In this document: in pieces, positions 1 to 14,006 of the stretch
How positions within the stretch are numbered: the stretch's first letter is position 1
How the letters are laid out: each line of letters begins with the position of its first letter
NCBI GenBank assembly: GCA_002189035.1
Contig: NEEC01000004.1
Span: 4,774,001 to 4,838,000, forward strand
Direction of reading: 5' to 3'
DNA length: 64,000 bases
Source: Utricularia gibba
Taxonomy: Eukaryota; Plantae; Magnoliophyta
Translations under genes and position numbers: made by a program
Notes under the pieces: model-generated
What the model saw: only the letters and a program-made list of their open reading frames with translations
What the model was told of the DNA's origin: nothing
Databases searched by the model: none

Positions 1-302
1 ACGTGCGTGTGATTAAAGGCCTTTGACTAATTAATATATTTAATATAAAAAAGGGAAATTACAGCCTAAAAATGCCGGAGGGCCCACCGCAGTCCTCCAA
101 TTACCGGTTGCGGCCCATGGGGAGAAAAAGTAAACGTGTTCCGCGTAAGGGTATTATCGTCTTTTGGTAGTCGTCGTCTGGGGTCAGATCTCGGCAAGCT
201 CAATGACTATTATGTATATATATAGAGAGAGCGCGCTGTCTTGCTCGCTACTGGCATTCCTTTGTGACAACGCGATTTCCTCTCCCCAGTTGTGATTCGG
301 AG

Positions 303-789
303 GTACGCGGCGTTGATTTTCTTGGTGTTTGTTGGATTCTACGTTGATGCGTTCAGATTTGTGCGGATCGGGAGATTTTTTTGCCTTTCTGGTTTGGTTG
401 ATTGGGTGGTCGGATGGGTGTTTGTTTTTTTATGTCTGATCTGAGTTCTTTGTTATGCATGATGATTTCTTGGGTGATCGGATCTTGCATTTGATTCTAT
501 GTGCTGAATTCCTTTGAGTTTTATCAGATCCATAAGAGATTTTAAGATTCTGTAGTTGGGATGTCATCGTTTATGTATGTGAAGTACGCATTGCCGTGGA
601 AGTTATTGGATTTTGAAATGGTGTGATGTCTTTGTACCGGATCTGGCTCGATATCATGTGCTTTTGAGTACAGTCATGTGATTTAAAGCTTTCAGTTGTT
701 CTCGAGTTAGATTGTTGATCTGGTGATGGTGGGTAACCATATTTGGTTGAGATTCTGATGTTGTAACTTTTTAGTTTTTATAGTTTCAG
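303..789 (+). promoter_or_regulatory. 5'UTR (leader) intron of the UGD gene
   Basis: AG|GTACGC donor at 303 and TTTCAG acceptor ending 789, T-rich interior. TA-repeat TATA-like box near 215. ATG follows at 808. Confidence 0.65.
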
Positions 790-807
790 GAGTATTGAAA
801 ACGCAAG

Positions 808-2248
808 ATGGTGAAGATTTGCTGCATTGGTGCTGGTTATGTGGGGGCCCGACGATGGCCGTGATAGCACTTAAGTGTCCTTCCATCGAAGTTGCTGTTG
901 TCGATATTAATGTTGCTCGCATCAATGCATGGAACAGTGACCAGCTTCCCATCTATGAACCAGGGCTTGATGAGGTGGTGAAGCAGTGCAGGGGCAAGAA
1001 TTTGTTCTTCAGCACAGATGTGGAGAAACATGTTTTTGAATCTGATATAATCTTTGTCTCGGTCAACACGCCCACGAAGACTCGAGGTCTAGGAGCTGGC
1101 AAGGCTGCAGATTTGACGTACTGGGAGAGTGCAGCCCGGATGATCGCTGATGTATCAAAATCTGATAAGATTGTGGTTGAAAAATCTACCGTGCCTGTTA
1201 AAACTGCAGAGGCCATAGAAAAAATTTTGACACACAACAGCAAGGGGATTAATTATCAGATTCTCTCTAATCCAGAGTTCCTTGCTGAAGGCACTGCCAT
1301 TAAGGATCTTCTGAATCCAGACAGAGTTCTCATTGGAGGAAGGGAAACCCCTGCAGGACATAAAGCAGTTCAAGCGCTAAAGGCTGTGTACGCCCATTGG
1401 GTTCCTGAATATCGTATTCTGACTACTAATTTATGGTCTGCTGAGCTCTCTAAGCTTGCTGCTAATGCATTCTTGGCTCAGCGGATCTCATCTGTGAACG
1501 CCATTTCTGCTCTTTGTGAGGCCACAGGAGCAGATGTCACCGAAGTATCATACGCTGTTGGCAAGGACACAAGAATCGGGCCAAAGTTTCTTAATGCCAG
1601 TGTTGGCTTTGGTGGTTCATGTTTCCAGAAAGACATCCTCAACTTGGTCTACATCTGTGAGTGCAATGGTCTTCCTGAAGTTGCAGAATACTGGAAGCAA
1701 GTCATTAAGATCAATGACTATCAGAAGAGCCGTTTTGTCAACCGGGTGGTGTCTTCAATGTTCAACACCGTTGCCAATAAAAGAATTGCCATCCTTGGCT
1801 TTGCTTTCAAGAAGGATACTGGTGACACCAGGGAGACCCCTGCCATCGATGTCTGCAAAGGACTTTTAGGCGATAAGGCTCAGTTGAGCATCTACGACCC
1901 ACAGGTAACTGATGAACAGATCCAGAGGGACCTCTCAATGAACAAATTCGACTGGGACCATCCATTGCACCTTCAACCACTGAGCCCCACTACAGCTAAG
2001 AAGGTTCATGTGGTCTGGGATGCTTATGAGGCAACCAGGGGTGCTCATGCTGTCTGCATCATCACTGAGTGGGATGAGTTTAAGAAGCTCGATTTCCAAA
2101 GGATCTATGACAATATGCAGAAACCTGCGTTTATTTTTGATGGCCGGAATGTCGTGGATGCGAGCAAACTCAGGGATATGGATTCATTGTCTACTCCATC
2201 GGCAGGCCCCTTGATGCCTGGCTCAAGGACATGCCTGCTGTTGCATAA
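808..2248 (+). CDS. UGD: UDP-glucose 6-dehydrogenase, intronless CDS with two apparent 1-bp deletions
   Basis: [14 protein letters not shown] at 808 joins the 795..2360 ORF ([10 protein letters not shown]...[10 protein letters not shown]) if one G is added at 843-847. The C-terminus [22 protein letters not shown] (stop 2246-2248) is restored by one G at 2180-2181. The repaired CDS is 480 aa. Confidence 0.95.
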
Positions 2249-2439
2249 AAGGATTGCTTTCTGTAATTGTTCTTCAGCTACACTTGCGACAATCATTTGT
2301 TATACTACAGAAGAAGCCTCTTACCATTCAACTGTGACTGTTGAAGTTTGTCCTTTTTAGACACATTGTATCCTCTGCTGTTTCTTAACAGCATTTTGGT
2401 TTCAGTGTTCATTTGTTACAGGCCTTGTTCACTGTTCAA

Positions 2440-3300
2440 TGCAACCACCGCCCATCCGCCTGCGCCGCCGCTGATACTTCGCTTTACGGGTCATGTTCCT
2501 GCTGCTCCTCGGCCTACACTTCGTGTCATGGTAGCCATCTTCCGCCGCATTGGAGTTGTGAATTCCACCGGCACCCTCCGCCGCTGCCGTATCCATTCTA
2601 TCTTGATTCTCAACGTCGGCACCTTCCAGGGTTTTGTGTCTCTTTTGACCATCTCTGATCTCCCTATTTCCTTGAAGAAACACAACCCTTCAAACCGTTC
2701 CAATTCTTCTCCGTCGTATCGCCGCACTGGAGTCTACCATCCGCCGACGCCTCCCCGAGCACTTTCTCTCCGCTACGCCGCGCACGAAGAACTCAACCCC
2801 ATCTCAGAACCTTCCTTCTGCACCGATCGAGAACCCCGGCCATCTCAAACAACATGCTTCCGTCATATAAAGTCTCGAAACCCTGAAATCTTCAGTTTCT
2901 GGTAAAATCCACTTCGATTCTAATCCGTTTTTTGAACTTGCAGCGAGACTTGACACTATCCAGGTAACGTAAGAGAAATTCTCCTTACAGCTCCAATGAT
3001 GGATTATTGTTTTTTTTTTTTTCTTTCATCTACGCTTCTCTTTGTTTCATAGCCATGGAACTGTGCTCCAAGTGACTCCACTGAAATCTCGAGTTGCTGC
3101 TCATGAAGAAACAAGATATCTCAGTCCCTCGAAACTGTATCAAGGCTTTGTCTGGAAAACAAGGTGGGGTTAACCCTGCATCAGGGAAATTGTAAGCTTT
3201 GAAAACAAAGCCAATATTTACCCCATGGGCAGTTCAAGATGATGATGATGAGGAGGGGGAAGCTCCCCACGGTGTTGTCAACGATGAAGAACAGGATTTG
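2440..3300 (+). pseudogene. Degenerate BAG8-like (IQ motif + BAG) gene
   Basis: Pieces in three frames: Cys/His/Pro-rich start, LLRRIAALESTI, SLRYAA..RTQPHLRTFLLHRSRT (IQ-like), HLKQHASVI*SLETLKSSVSGKIHFD, ARLDTIQ|gt. In-frame TAA at 2868-2870 plus several frameshifts. Family match is from memory; ends are approximate. Confidence 0.5.
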
Positions 3301-3706
3301 CAGGTGTGTCAACTGGACTCTGACTCTCTGAGGTTGAACTAACATTTGCAGACATGGATTCATCTGTGTTGCTCCATTTTTTCTTGTTTGATCATGATGG
3401 TGGAGCCTGTGTTTACCTTCAATTTCTTCTTATCAGCAGTAACAACTCTTGATTCAAATCAATAAGGTAAAACATACAAGATATCCCTTGTAACAGGACT
3501 GATGCCTAAATACCAAAGCTGGAGAAAATCTTGAGTGAAACCCAAGGCCCAGCCTGTCGAGGAATCATATTCTTCAGGGAAGCAGCAGCCACCATTGAGA
3601 ACCAAATCATGCCCCAAAGCTTCATAACCGCCATCTCCGAGCTCCACTGCCGATTCAGGCTCATGCTGTGATGCCAAAGAGGAGACGAAAGAAAGGCAGA
3701 GGGTCA

Positions 3707-4465
3707 TCACTCTTCCGGGGCCTCTTCTCCTTCTTCTTCTTCTTCTGTATCAGACAATGGCAGCAGGGTGCATAACCCAAGGGCATGGCCGTTAAGGCAG
3801 ACGTAATACTCAACGCAATCCTCGTAAGCACCCAACCGGCAGCTCGCACTTGGTGGGATCATCTTCGCAGCCACCATGTTCCAGAGCTTTGCTTTACAGT
3901 AAGGACAGACCTCAGTCGGGTGCAGGGGAGCACTTCTGCTGATAAGCATCCTCTTCACTTTTGAAGTTCTGAAAGACTTGAATATGCCACGGAAGAAGCC
4001 AATGTCACCATCATCCCCTTGGTCTAAATGTTCACAAGGATCAGAGACATAGAGGACATCCGTTCGACATTGCGGTAGCAGAAAGCTTTTTCCTGATGTT
4101 CTAGAGAATCTGGTGCGGTAGACGAAGTGGCCTGGAATCGGACAGCAACTGAACAAACTGCCTTGACAGCCTGAGCAGTATATGAGTAGCTTGGCGAGGG
4201 CTCTCCAGTTCCCATCTATGCTATGGCTCCCACTGGACTGCAAATCCAGCATCATTTTGGGAGCTCGAGTTCGACAAAACTCTTTCCAGAGAACACGCTT
4301 GGCTAGATCATCGAACCATTTGCAGGTACAGGAGAGGGTTGCGATGACTTTGGGGTTCCAGTGAAGCTGGTTGAAGACGAGAAAGAGAACCTCCTCAGAT
4401 AAGTTCCCTTTTGCACAAACGCAGTTTGCTGAGTGGATGCAGCGGTGTTTCTTTGCGGCACTCAT
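3707..4465 (-). CDS. EDL2: EID1-like F-box protein (EDL1/EDL2 type), 252 aa
   Basis: Single coding exon: HRCIHSANCVCAKGNLSEEVLFLV...WFDDLAKRVLWKEFCRTRAPKM...CVEYYVCLNGH. ATG at 4465. Probable 5'UTR intron 5005..4475. Confidence 0.88.
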   Translation of the reverse strand: MSAAKKHRCIHSANCVCAKGNLSEEVLFLVFNQLHWNPKVIATLSCTCKWFDDLAKRVLWKEFCRTRAPKMMLDLQSSGSHSIDGNWRALAKLLIYCSGCQGSLFSCCPIPGHFVYRTRFSRTSGKSFLLPQCRTDVLYVSDPCEHLDQGDDGDIGFFRGIFKSFRTSKVKRMLISRSAPLHPTEVCPYCKAKLWNMVAAKMIPPSASCRLGAYEDCVEYYVCLNGHALGLCTLLPLSDTEEEEEGEEAPEE

Positions 4466-5821
4466 CTCTTTCACCTGATCTGACAGGAGAAAAGAGTTTT
4501 AGAAGAAGACACTATCTGGATGCAGCAGTAAGGGGGAACATATTCACAACCTACAGGAAATTATTCATTTGGACAACAGAGATAAAAAAAACAAGACATC
4601 ATCGAAGGGCAGAGAACCAGGTAGAATGTAAAAAAGAATGTGGGTAAGAAGCATGAACATCGCTGAAGCAGAGTGGTGATCTACTTGCAACTTTCAAAGG
4701 AAAATCATGGAGGTTAAACATCGCCATTCGCTAGTTCATTATCCGCAAACTGGAATACATTAAAAGAAGCTAACAGCTCCACCCACCACGCTGCACGGAT
4801 ATTTCAACTGTCAAGATAACAACCAGCAACCCAGATAACTATTGAAATGCAAAGAAACGGAATTTTAACTCAACTGTAAATCAAAAGTCAACAAAACCCA
4901 GATGGGAAAAAAAAGTCGAGGCGCTTCATTGTGAGGAAAAGGAGCTGGGATTGAAAAAAAAAAAAAAAAAGATCACTCAGAAGTTCCAGATCTCAGAATT
5001 CGAACCTTTGTCGCAACTCCAATCAATTCAAGATTCGCAGCCCATACCAGCGGCGTAAACAAATCCGAAAACCCTGCGGCTCGCGCAGATGATAAGCCTA
5101 AATATTGGGAAAACAACTGACAAATCAAGACGCTTTCAGAAAATTTTCTAGACCCGAATTAATTGTGGCGGGGCAAGCGATTAAATGGGGAGGGGGGGAA
5201 AAGAAACGATTTTGTTACTGGGTCTGAAGCTTCACGCTCCGGAAATCTAGAAAGCTCGGAAATTTATTGATGGGATCAAGGAAAAGGCTCGCAACTCACG
5301 AAGTTTTATTGTTCTTATACCCGCCAACAACGAAAAAAGTTACAAGATTGTGCTCCTGTGACCCTGTCCCGCAGTCAAAAGCCTCGATGACCTTCATAAA
5401 AAATGGGCACCTTACAAGTTCCACATACAAACTCTAGCAAACTATTCGAGTTTGGTTTATCACCTCAGGCTTCTGAAGTTGAAGTTGTGTTCTAAACCGT
5501 ATCTCCCCATTATTGACTCTTGTCTGGATATCCTTTTTTTAATACGCTTTTCACTACCTTTAGATTTTATCATTCGTCTGTCATAGGCTTGTAGGAATCA
5601 TTGAGACCCTTAGCAGTCAGTTTTTTTTTTTTTTTTTTTTTACGTGTGACTGTAGAAAACCTCCATTGTAGGAAAGACTGTATCTTTAAGGAAGGGCTAT
5701 TGAACTTTCAAACAGCCAACATCTAGCTATTCAGACAGGTAGTTGTTGATTGATTCTGACATAGCTTTCTATTCAACATGAGAAAAAAACTGAACATTTC
5801 ATTCACCTTAGTGCCTGCTCT

Positions 5822-6597
5822 TCATGACATGATCTCCCTCACAAGCCAATCCAAAATGGGGTATGAGAAGTAGAGCATGAAGAAAGATGGGAGAGCAAAG
5901 AAGACTGTAATGAGAATATACAGAACCAGGGCAGCTGCACTGGCAGGAATGGCATACAAAATTATGAGCAGAAAGGTTAAGATGAAGGGGATCTTGGAAT
6001 TCAGTTGGAGAAAGAAGGCAAGGGTCTTCGTTAGATCAAGTCTACCGATAGGGATTCGATTCCGAACCTCTGCTGTTCTCGCCGGTTGGGATTGATCGGA
6101 GAGCCCTGTGAAGGTTTCAGAGACTTGTGTGGTTGATCGAGTGAGCGTGTGGTGCTCGACATGACTGGAGGGATGTGATCTCATTCTATCACCATTCACT
6201 GTCTCTAGCATCCATAGAAGGAAGAAGTTCTTGCGAGGGAACATGAGGCTCCCACGGTAAACGAGACGAGGGGAGAAGAGATTGCACCAGGGGCAGGAGA
6301 TGAGGAAGGGGAGTTGAAGAGCTGCAGCAGGGGATCTCAGGAATGCCCATTGCAGTCCAAGGATGCAGTTTTTGCAGAGAGTGTGACCGCACAAAAGAAC
6401 ATAGGGCTCGTTTTCTACGAGATTGAAGGACTCGCAGCATATTGGGCATTCCAAGGAGGATAAATCTCTGGTATTGATGGAGGAAACTTCATCATCGTCG
6501 TCATCAGAGCAGGAATCTAATGATCCTTGTTTCTGTTCATGGCTTCATCTGTGAGCCTTATGGCTCCAGGTGAATAACTGGAAGAAGGATGCCACAT
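5822..6597 (-). CDS. RING-finger protein with C-terminal hydrophobic segments, one apparent 1-bp deletion
   Basis: CPICCESF...CGHTLCKNC...CPWC RING and a hydrophobic C-terminus. The true start ATG TGG (MWHPSS) at 6597 joins SDDDDDEVSS-LECPIC if one A is added at 6536-6537, giving 258 aa. Confidence 0.85.
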
Positions 6598-8433
6598 CCC
6601 TTCTCAACCCAAGCGCAACTACTCACTTCGTCAAAAGCAAGTAGCAAGATACAGAAAAACAGTGTACATTCACTTCTGATTTCCCCCTGGAAAACAAGTA
6701 AAAAAACATAACAGCAAGAGTGAGCGCATGAACTCGATTTCAGATTTAAGCAAGGCGATCTTGAATGCAAGAAATTTCATTCCCTCGAGAAAAAGACAAT
6801 CAAAGTAACAAGAAAAAAAAAACCCAGAAGAATCATGAAGAAATACCCGATTCCCCGACAGCTCGACGGCTTCCGGCGAATCCAGTTATCAATCAGGAAT
6901 TATTCGAGTTCCTTTTTATTTTTTCTTTTGAGAAAATCGACCCACTCAGATGATTCTTTGATGGTACGTACATCTGCTATTAACACACACTCCGCCGGGT
7001 ATATCCAATCACCGCCATTTTCTATGGAGTGGAGGAGCCATTCATGTCATCACCCCGAGTTCATGGTCCGCAGTCCATGAGTCTTCCTTCACCTTATCTA
7101 TAGACTAACATTGCAGAAGAAATTACAAGGCCCCCTGTCCCCGTGTTTCCTTCTACACCACTCCTTCCCATCCATCAATATTGTCGCAGAGGCTTTGCCT
7201 CCCAAAGCACACACAAACACACCCAGGTAGAAAAGCCCATCCAACTTGGGTGATACAATCTCCGATGCTACACTTTTAACACATCTGTGACTGAGAGTTA
7301 CATTCTCCGGGCCAATCGCGACCATCCAAGATCCCGTCTTTGCAAAGCTACTAAGAAGGTCGATCCGAAAGGGAAAGAGTGGCAGAGCTTAAATCAAGAA
7401 GGGCCGTCGTTGGGTGGGGCTAATCAATGATTAAGCACGTGGGTTTACTTGAACTAAACTCCCTCGAGGTTCGGACACGGCGTCGTCGGGATTCGATGCC
7501 ATTCTTGATTTCTCTGTCATCTACAGCGTGGTTAGCCCTCTCGCGGAATTCTATGCAACCCGACAAAAGTGCAGCGCTTACCTTGAAACTGACGCATCAG
7601 ATGCTATAGTAATTACCGGCTGCCAATTTATCATTTCTTCACCACGCCACCCCATAATTACTCTAAATTACAAAATCGTCCCTTTAAAATCCAAAAATAA
7701 GATAAACCGCACATTGGATAATTTCGTTTTGCTCCCTTCATAAGTTCATGCCTGGGAAGAAATCGATTTTCGAATTTATAAAAAAAAATATATTTTCCAT
7801 TTTCTTCTAAAATTGAAATTTCAAAGAAAATGACCAAAATTTGAGAAAGTTTAATTTCAAAAAAGAAAATCAAAAAATCAAAAATTTTTGAAAATTTAAA
7901 AATTTGGAGTATATAAGACTATGAGAATCTTAAGATTATATCTCGCGCACATTATTATTCTGTATTTATTTCTTATTTTTTAAAATAAAAATATAAAATT
8001 CTCATTTTCAAAAAATAATACATATTGCAAAATAGCTATTTTGAATAACTTTTCATTTCTCATTATAGAGATTTTTTTTCAATAATATCTTGTTTTTTCA
8101 TCTTTATTTCAATTAATTTATGAAAATTCCTTCCTAATTTTTCATTTCAATGGTTTCTAAAAATTAAAGATTAAATCCATGGTGTGAACTATTTATTTAC
8201 TATAAATTAATTTATTATTTTATAATATAATTTTATTTTATTTTATAATTTTTAAAATTCATCACTTCAATTTCCTCATCATTCTCACTTTATTTCTCAT
8301 TTTCATTTTTCACAACAAAAAATTAATTTTGAAAATTGTGTGCAACATAGCCTTAGTGTTTCCAACATAGTTTAAAAACAAGTTTATAAATTATAGAATA
8401 TTTAGTTGGTAGGTATAAATTAATTCAAGACTA

Positions 8434-8935
8434 CATGAGTTTTTTTTTAATTCATTGCACATAGGTTTATTTAAAAACATATTCTTGTTATACTTTAATT
8501 AAAACTAATTAATACTATTTATAATCCTAATAATTAAGCAATATCTAAAAAAATAATTACACTATATCATCTTTATTTAAATCTAATTAAATTAAACTCA
8601 TTTTATCTCGTTACCCCCATTAACCAACAACATCCCTTAATGAAAAGGAACACGAACACGAATACTCTATGTTCCAACAATATGTTTCCTTCTAAATTAT
8701 ACTAGCTTTTTTTAATTCCATGTACATGGATTTATTTAAAAATAAATTATTCCTTTACTTTAATTAAAATCATTTATCTAAAGAATTATTTACAAAATAC
8801 ATTATTTTTTTATTTAAATCTAATAAAATTAAACTCATTTTATCTCGTTAACCAAACATTAACCAACAACATCCCTTGACGAAAAAGAATACTCACACTC
8901 TCTGTTCCATCAGCATTTTCCCTTCTAAATCTTTT
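8434..8935. repeat. Diverged two-copy direct repeat (unit ~240-270 bp) in AT-rich intergenic DNA
   Basis: TTAAACTCATTTTATCTCGTTA...ATTAACCAACAACATCCCTT at 8592 and 8829. TTTTTTTAATTC...ACAT..TTTATTTAAAAA near 8441 and 8707. Confidence 0.75.
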
Positions 8936-9943
8936 AACTAACAAGATGTTAGCTCTCCCTGGGTAAGAGGAGGAAGGGGTAAAAAGAAATTTATCCGACA
9001 GTAAAAAAAGAAGATGAGTGGTCCGAGTCGAGGCTTGACAAAAGAAGGGTGGTTACAGTAAATGCTGCAGACCTGCTCCTGCTCCCTCTCGCTCCGCTCT
9101 CTCATTTTTTTTTTTTTTTTTACTTTCATGGATTTGGTAAACCACAGTAACTCCCACGCAACCCCCCTCATCAAACAACACACAAAAAAAGAATTTTTTA
9201 CCGCTCAAAATGTCATCAATTGTAGTGGAAAATTATTTGTTTGCATAATCCAACTTATTTTTACCAAAAACATTTTAGAATTTACATTACTTATTAGTAT
9301 TGAATTATTTTTTAAAATAATTATAAAAATAAATAATTTTTTAAATTATGCAATAGATTGGTATTTATTTAGACTGATTTAACATTTCAAAATTATTGAT
9401 TCATAAATTATATTGTTTCAAGTAATTATATTAAAGAGCATCTAATTTGTCTGAAAATTTTATCATTATTTCAATTTTAAATATATGACCTGATATTTAC
9501 AGTTCTTTTTTATTTTTGTTAATATCTTTTGTGTAATAACATGTGATGAGTTTCAAGTATACTATTGATTCAATGGATATTTATATAGATTTTATATTAA
9601 ATACAATTTTATTTTAAAAAAGTAAAAAAAAAAAAGAGTTGCAGAAATTTTATATAAAATAATTGAGGACAGTATTAAAGCTACTTCTAGGGAGGGGGTC
9701 AGAAAAATATAATTATTTTAATATTTTAAGATTATAATTGTAGGAATATGAATATTATATTATTAATAAGAGAAATAAGAAAGGAAGAGGTGAAGTGACT
9801 AAAATGAATCTTCTACAGAAGATCGCCATCATCGCTTCCTAAATAGAAGGCTGAGCTGCACCTCTCGCCGGAGAAAAAGAATGCGGCCGGGTGTTTCAGG
9901 AAGAAATTAGGAAGAAGTTTATGAGTTCACAGCAGCGGCGGCC

Positions 9944-10870
9944 ATGGAGACCACCGATTCAACAGTGAAAAGTCCGGGGGTGGAACCACAGGGCTTCACC
10001 AACGGGCTGCTGAAACTCCACGGGCAGCTGGGTCTCCATCATCACCCCGTCGTCATCACCTACGGCGAATGTCTCAAGAACCACGCTGCTTCGCTCGGCG
10101 GCCACGCCCTCGACGGCTGCGGCGAGTTTTTGCCGTCGCCGGAAGCCAACCCCTCTGACCCACTTCTCTCAAATGCGCCGTCTGCGGTTGCCACCGGAAC
10201 TTCCACCGGCGCGACCCTGAGCAGCACCACCACCTCCCCCTCCCGGAGCCGTACTAGCTCTCGAGTACAGGTGCTTACTACTTACCTGTACTTTATGTAT
10301 TAGATTAATGTAGGTATCATCAGACTATTTGGTTACAGGCCGCACCACCGTCATCTTCCACCGACGCCGGAGACTATGGCCGGGAGCCCCAACGATTCGC
10401 CGTCGCCGCCGCCAATCTCTTCCTCCTACTACCCACCTCTGACAGCGCTGAGCCATCCAATTTCAGACCCCACCGGGACGAACTCTGTCTCCGCTGCGCT
10501 GCTGCCGTCGAGCAGCAGAAAGAGGTTCCGCACAAAATTCACCCAGGATCAGAAGAAGAAAATGCTGGAGCTCGCCGAGAAATTGGAATGGAAAATGCAG
10601 AAACGGGACGAAGAGGTCATCAACAACTTCTGCCACGAAATCGGGGTTGACAGGACCGTCTTCAAGGTGTGGATGCACAACAACAAGCACATTTACTCCA
10701 AAAGGGATCATTTCTCCTCCACCCCCACTCCTCCCCCCGCCGTCGCCGACACCGGAATCATCGACTCCTGCTTGCCATCCCCCGCCGGAGGGAGCTACAT
10801 CCACCAAGCCCACATCGCGGAGCACAAGGAAAACATCACAAATCATCACCCAGAGATCAGCAGATCTTAG
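9944..10870 (+). CDS. ZF-HD homeobox transcription factor (ZHD9/10/11 type); 2 exons 9944..10270 and 10339..10870; two apparent 1-bp deletions
   Basis: [23 protein letters not shown]; after +1 C at 10159-10161, [16 protein letters not shown]; LEYR|PHHRH across the intron; homeodomain [13 protein letters not shown]...[10 protein letters not shown]. Confidence 0.9.
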
Positions 10871-11565
10871 CCTTCCCGGTAACATTTCCGATTAGCGTTT
10901 CGTTAACTTTAGTTGTCCAATCTGCAACAATCAACGAATCAGTGCCCATTGCTTCTGGGAAACGTTTATCTTCCTTCTTGCGCCACTCGCCATCATCAAG
11001 ATCCCACCTTTTTCACCAATACAATTAAAAAATTCTTCTGGGTATTCGTCCTATGAAACAGAGGCGCATGACACATCTCAATCTCACCCCATTCCCCCCT
11101 ACAAGTTTCCTTTGACAGCGAGAAAAACACCAAGTCCTTAATCCAAACCAAATCTTCCTTAATCCATGCGTTTAGAGGCTTAATCACAACAAGCCAATCT
11201 TCCTTAACTCTGAAAGAAATCAATAAATGGGCAGTAGCAGAAGCTATAACTGGAGGTGGCAGGGGAGGGGGGAAGTAGGTGACGTATTCCCCCCCCCTTT
11301 TTTTTTATTTGGTTATTTTGGAGTAGCAGTTGCCTCTTCGACTTCAGCAACCCAGAAATGGCATTCTCGGGGTTTCCAAAAGGAAGAAAAATGCAGGTGA
11401 TGATTTATTTTTTTAATCAACATCAGGGACACCGGACACGTGAGAATGGGGGTGTCTCATGCAACGGCGATACGCTTAGATAAGGTGTCGTTCGAAAGGA
11501 AGACAGGGAAGGAAGATCGCACACAAGGGGAACGGCGGCACACAGTTCAGGGAATAGAGGTTTGG

Positions 11566-13450
<1,885 letters not shown>

Positions 13451-14006
13451 TTAGCGAAGAAGATGCGGTGCAGGCAAAATTTTCAGAAAGCGAGAGTATA
13501 GGGTTTGATTTGAGGACGTGGTGTGTTTATATGGCGGAAGGCTCCCTTTTGTTCGGATTTACAAAAATAAAAATAAAAAGCCCCCCGTGGTGGTGACCAT
13601 CGCCGATTAAATGCGGTTCATGGTGAAAATGAAAGCATTTTGAAATTTGAAATCGTATTTGACCGCAATTATCACTAATACATGGGCTTTGGGCTTTAGC
13701 AATTGGGCCTCATCCATCTTTGAGTAACTCAATCATAATTTAAACCACAAACTGTTAACCATTTGCATGTGAAATTCTTCTAACACAAACGCGGCTAAGT
13801 ATTTGAATGCATATCAGAGAGCATGGAAGAAAGAGGCTGCAAGCTTCCAAATAGGCACACAACAGTAGGCTGTTGATGGAATTTGAACACACTTTGAAGA
13901 CACCACTCAAGGCTCAAAGATTGGACACCACCCTCTTGAGCAACTACAGATTGGCTCCCGTTTTTCCGCAAGGCGATGGCTGTGTACTTCGTTGCGGGGG
14001 GAGTTG

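Noticed and set aside
843-847. Programmed ribosomal frameshifting in UGD and the other genes
   Set aside because: No shared slippery heptamer or downstream structure; uniform one-base loss is better explained by sequencing error.
6960-7330. Pro/Ser-rich broken frames resembling a Copia linker
   Set aside because: No integrase or RT motif; it is compatible with ordinary upstream sequence.
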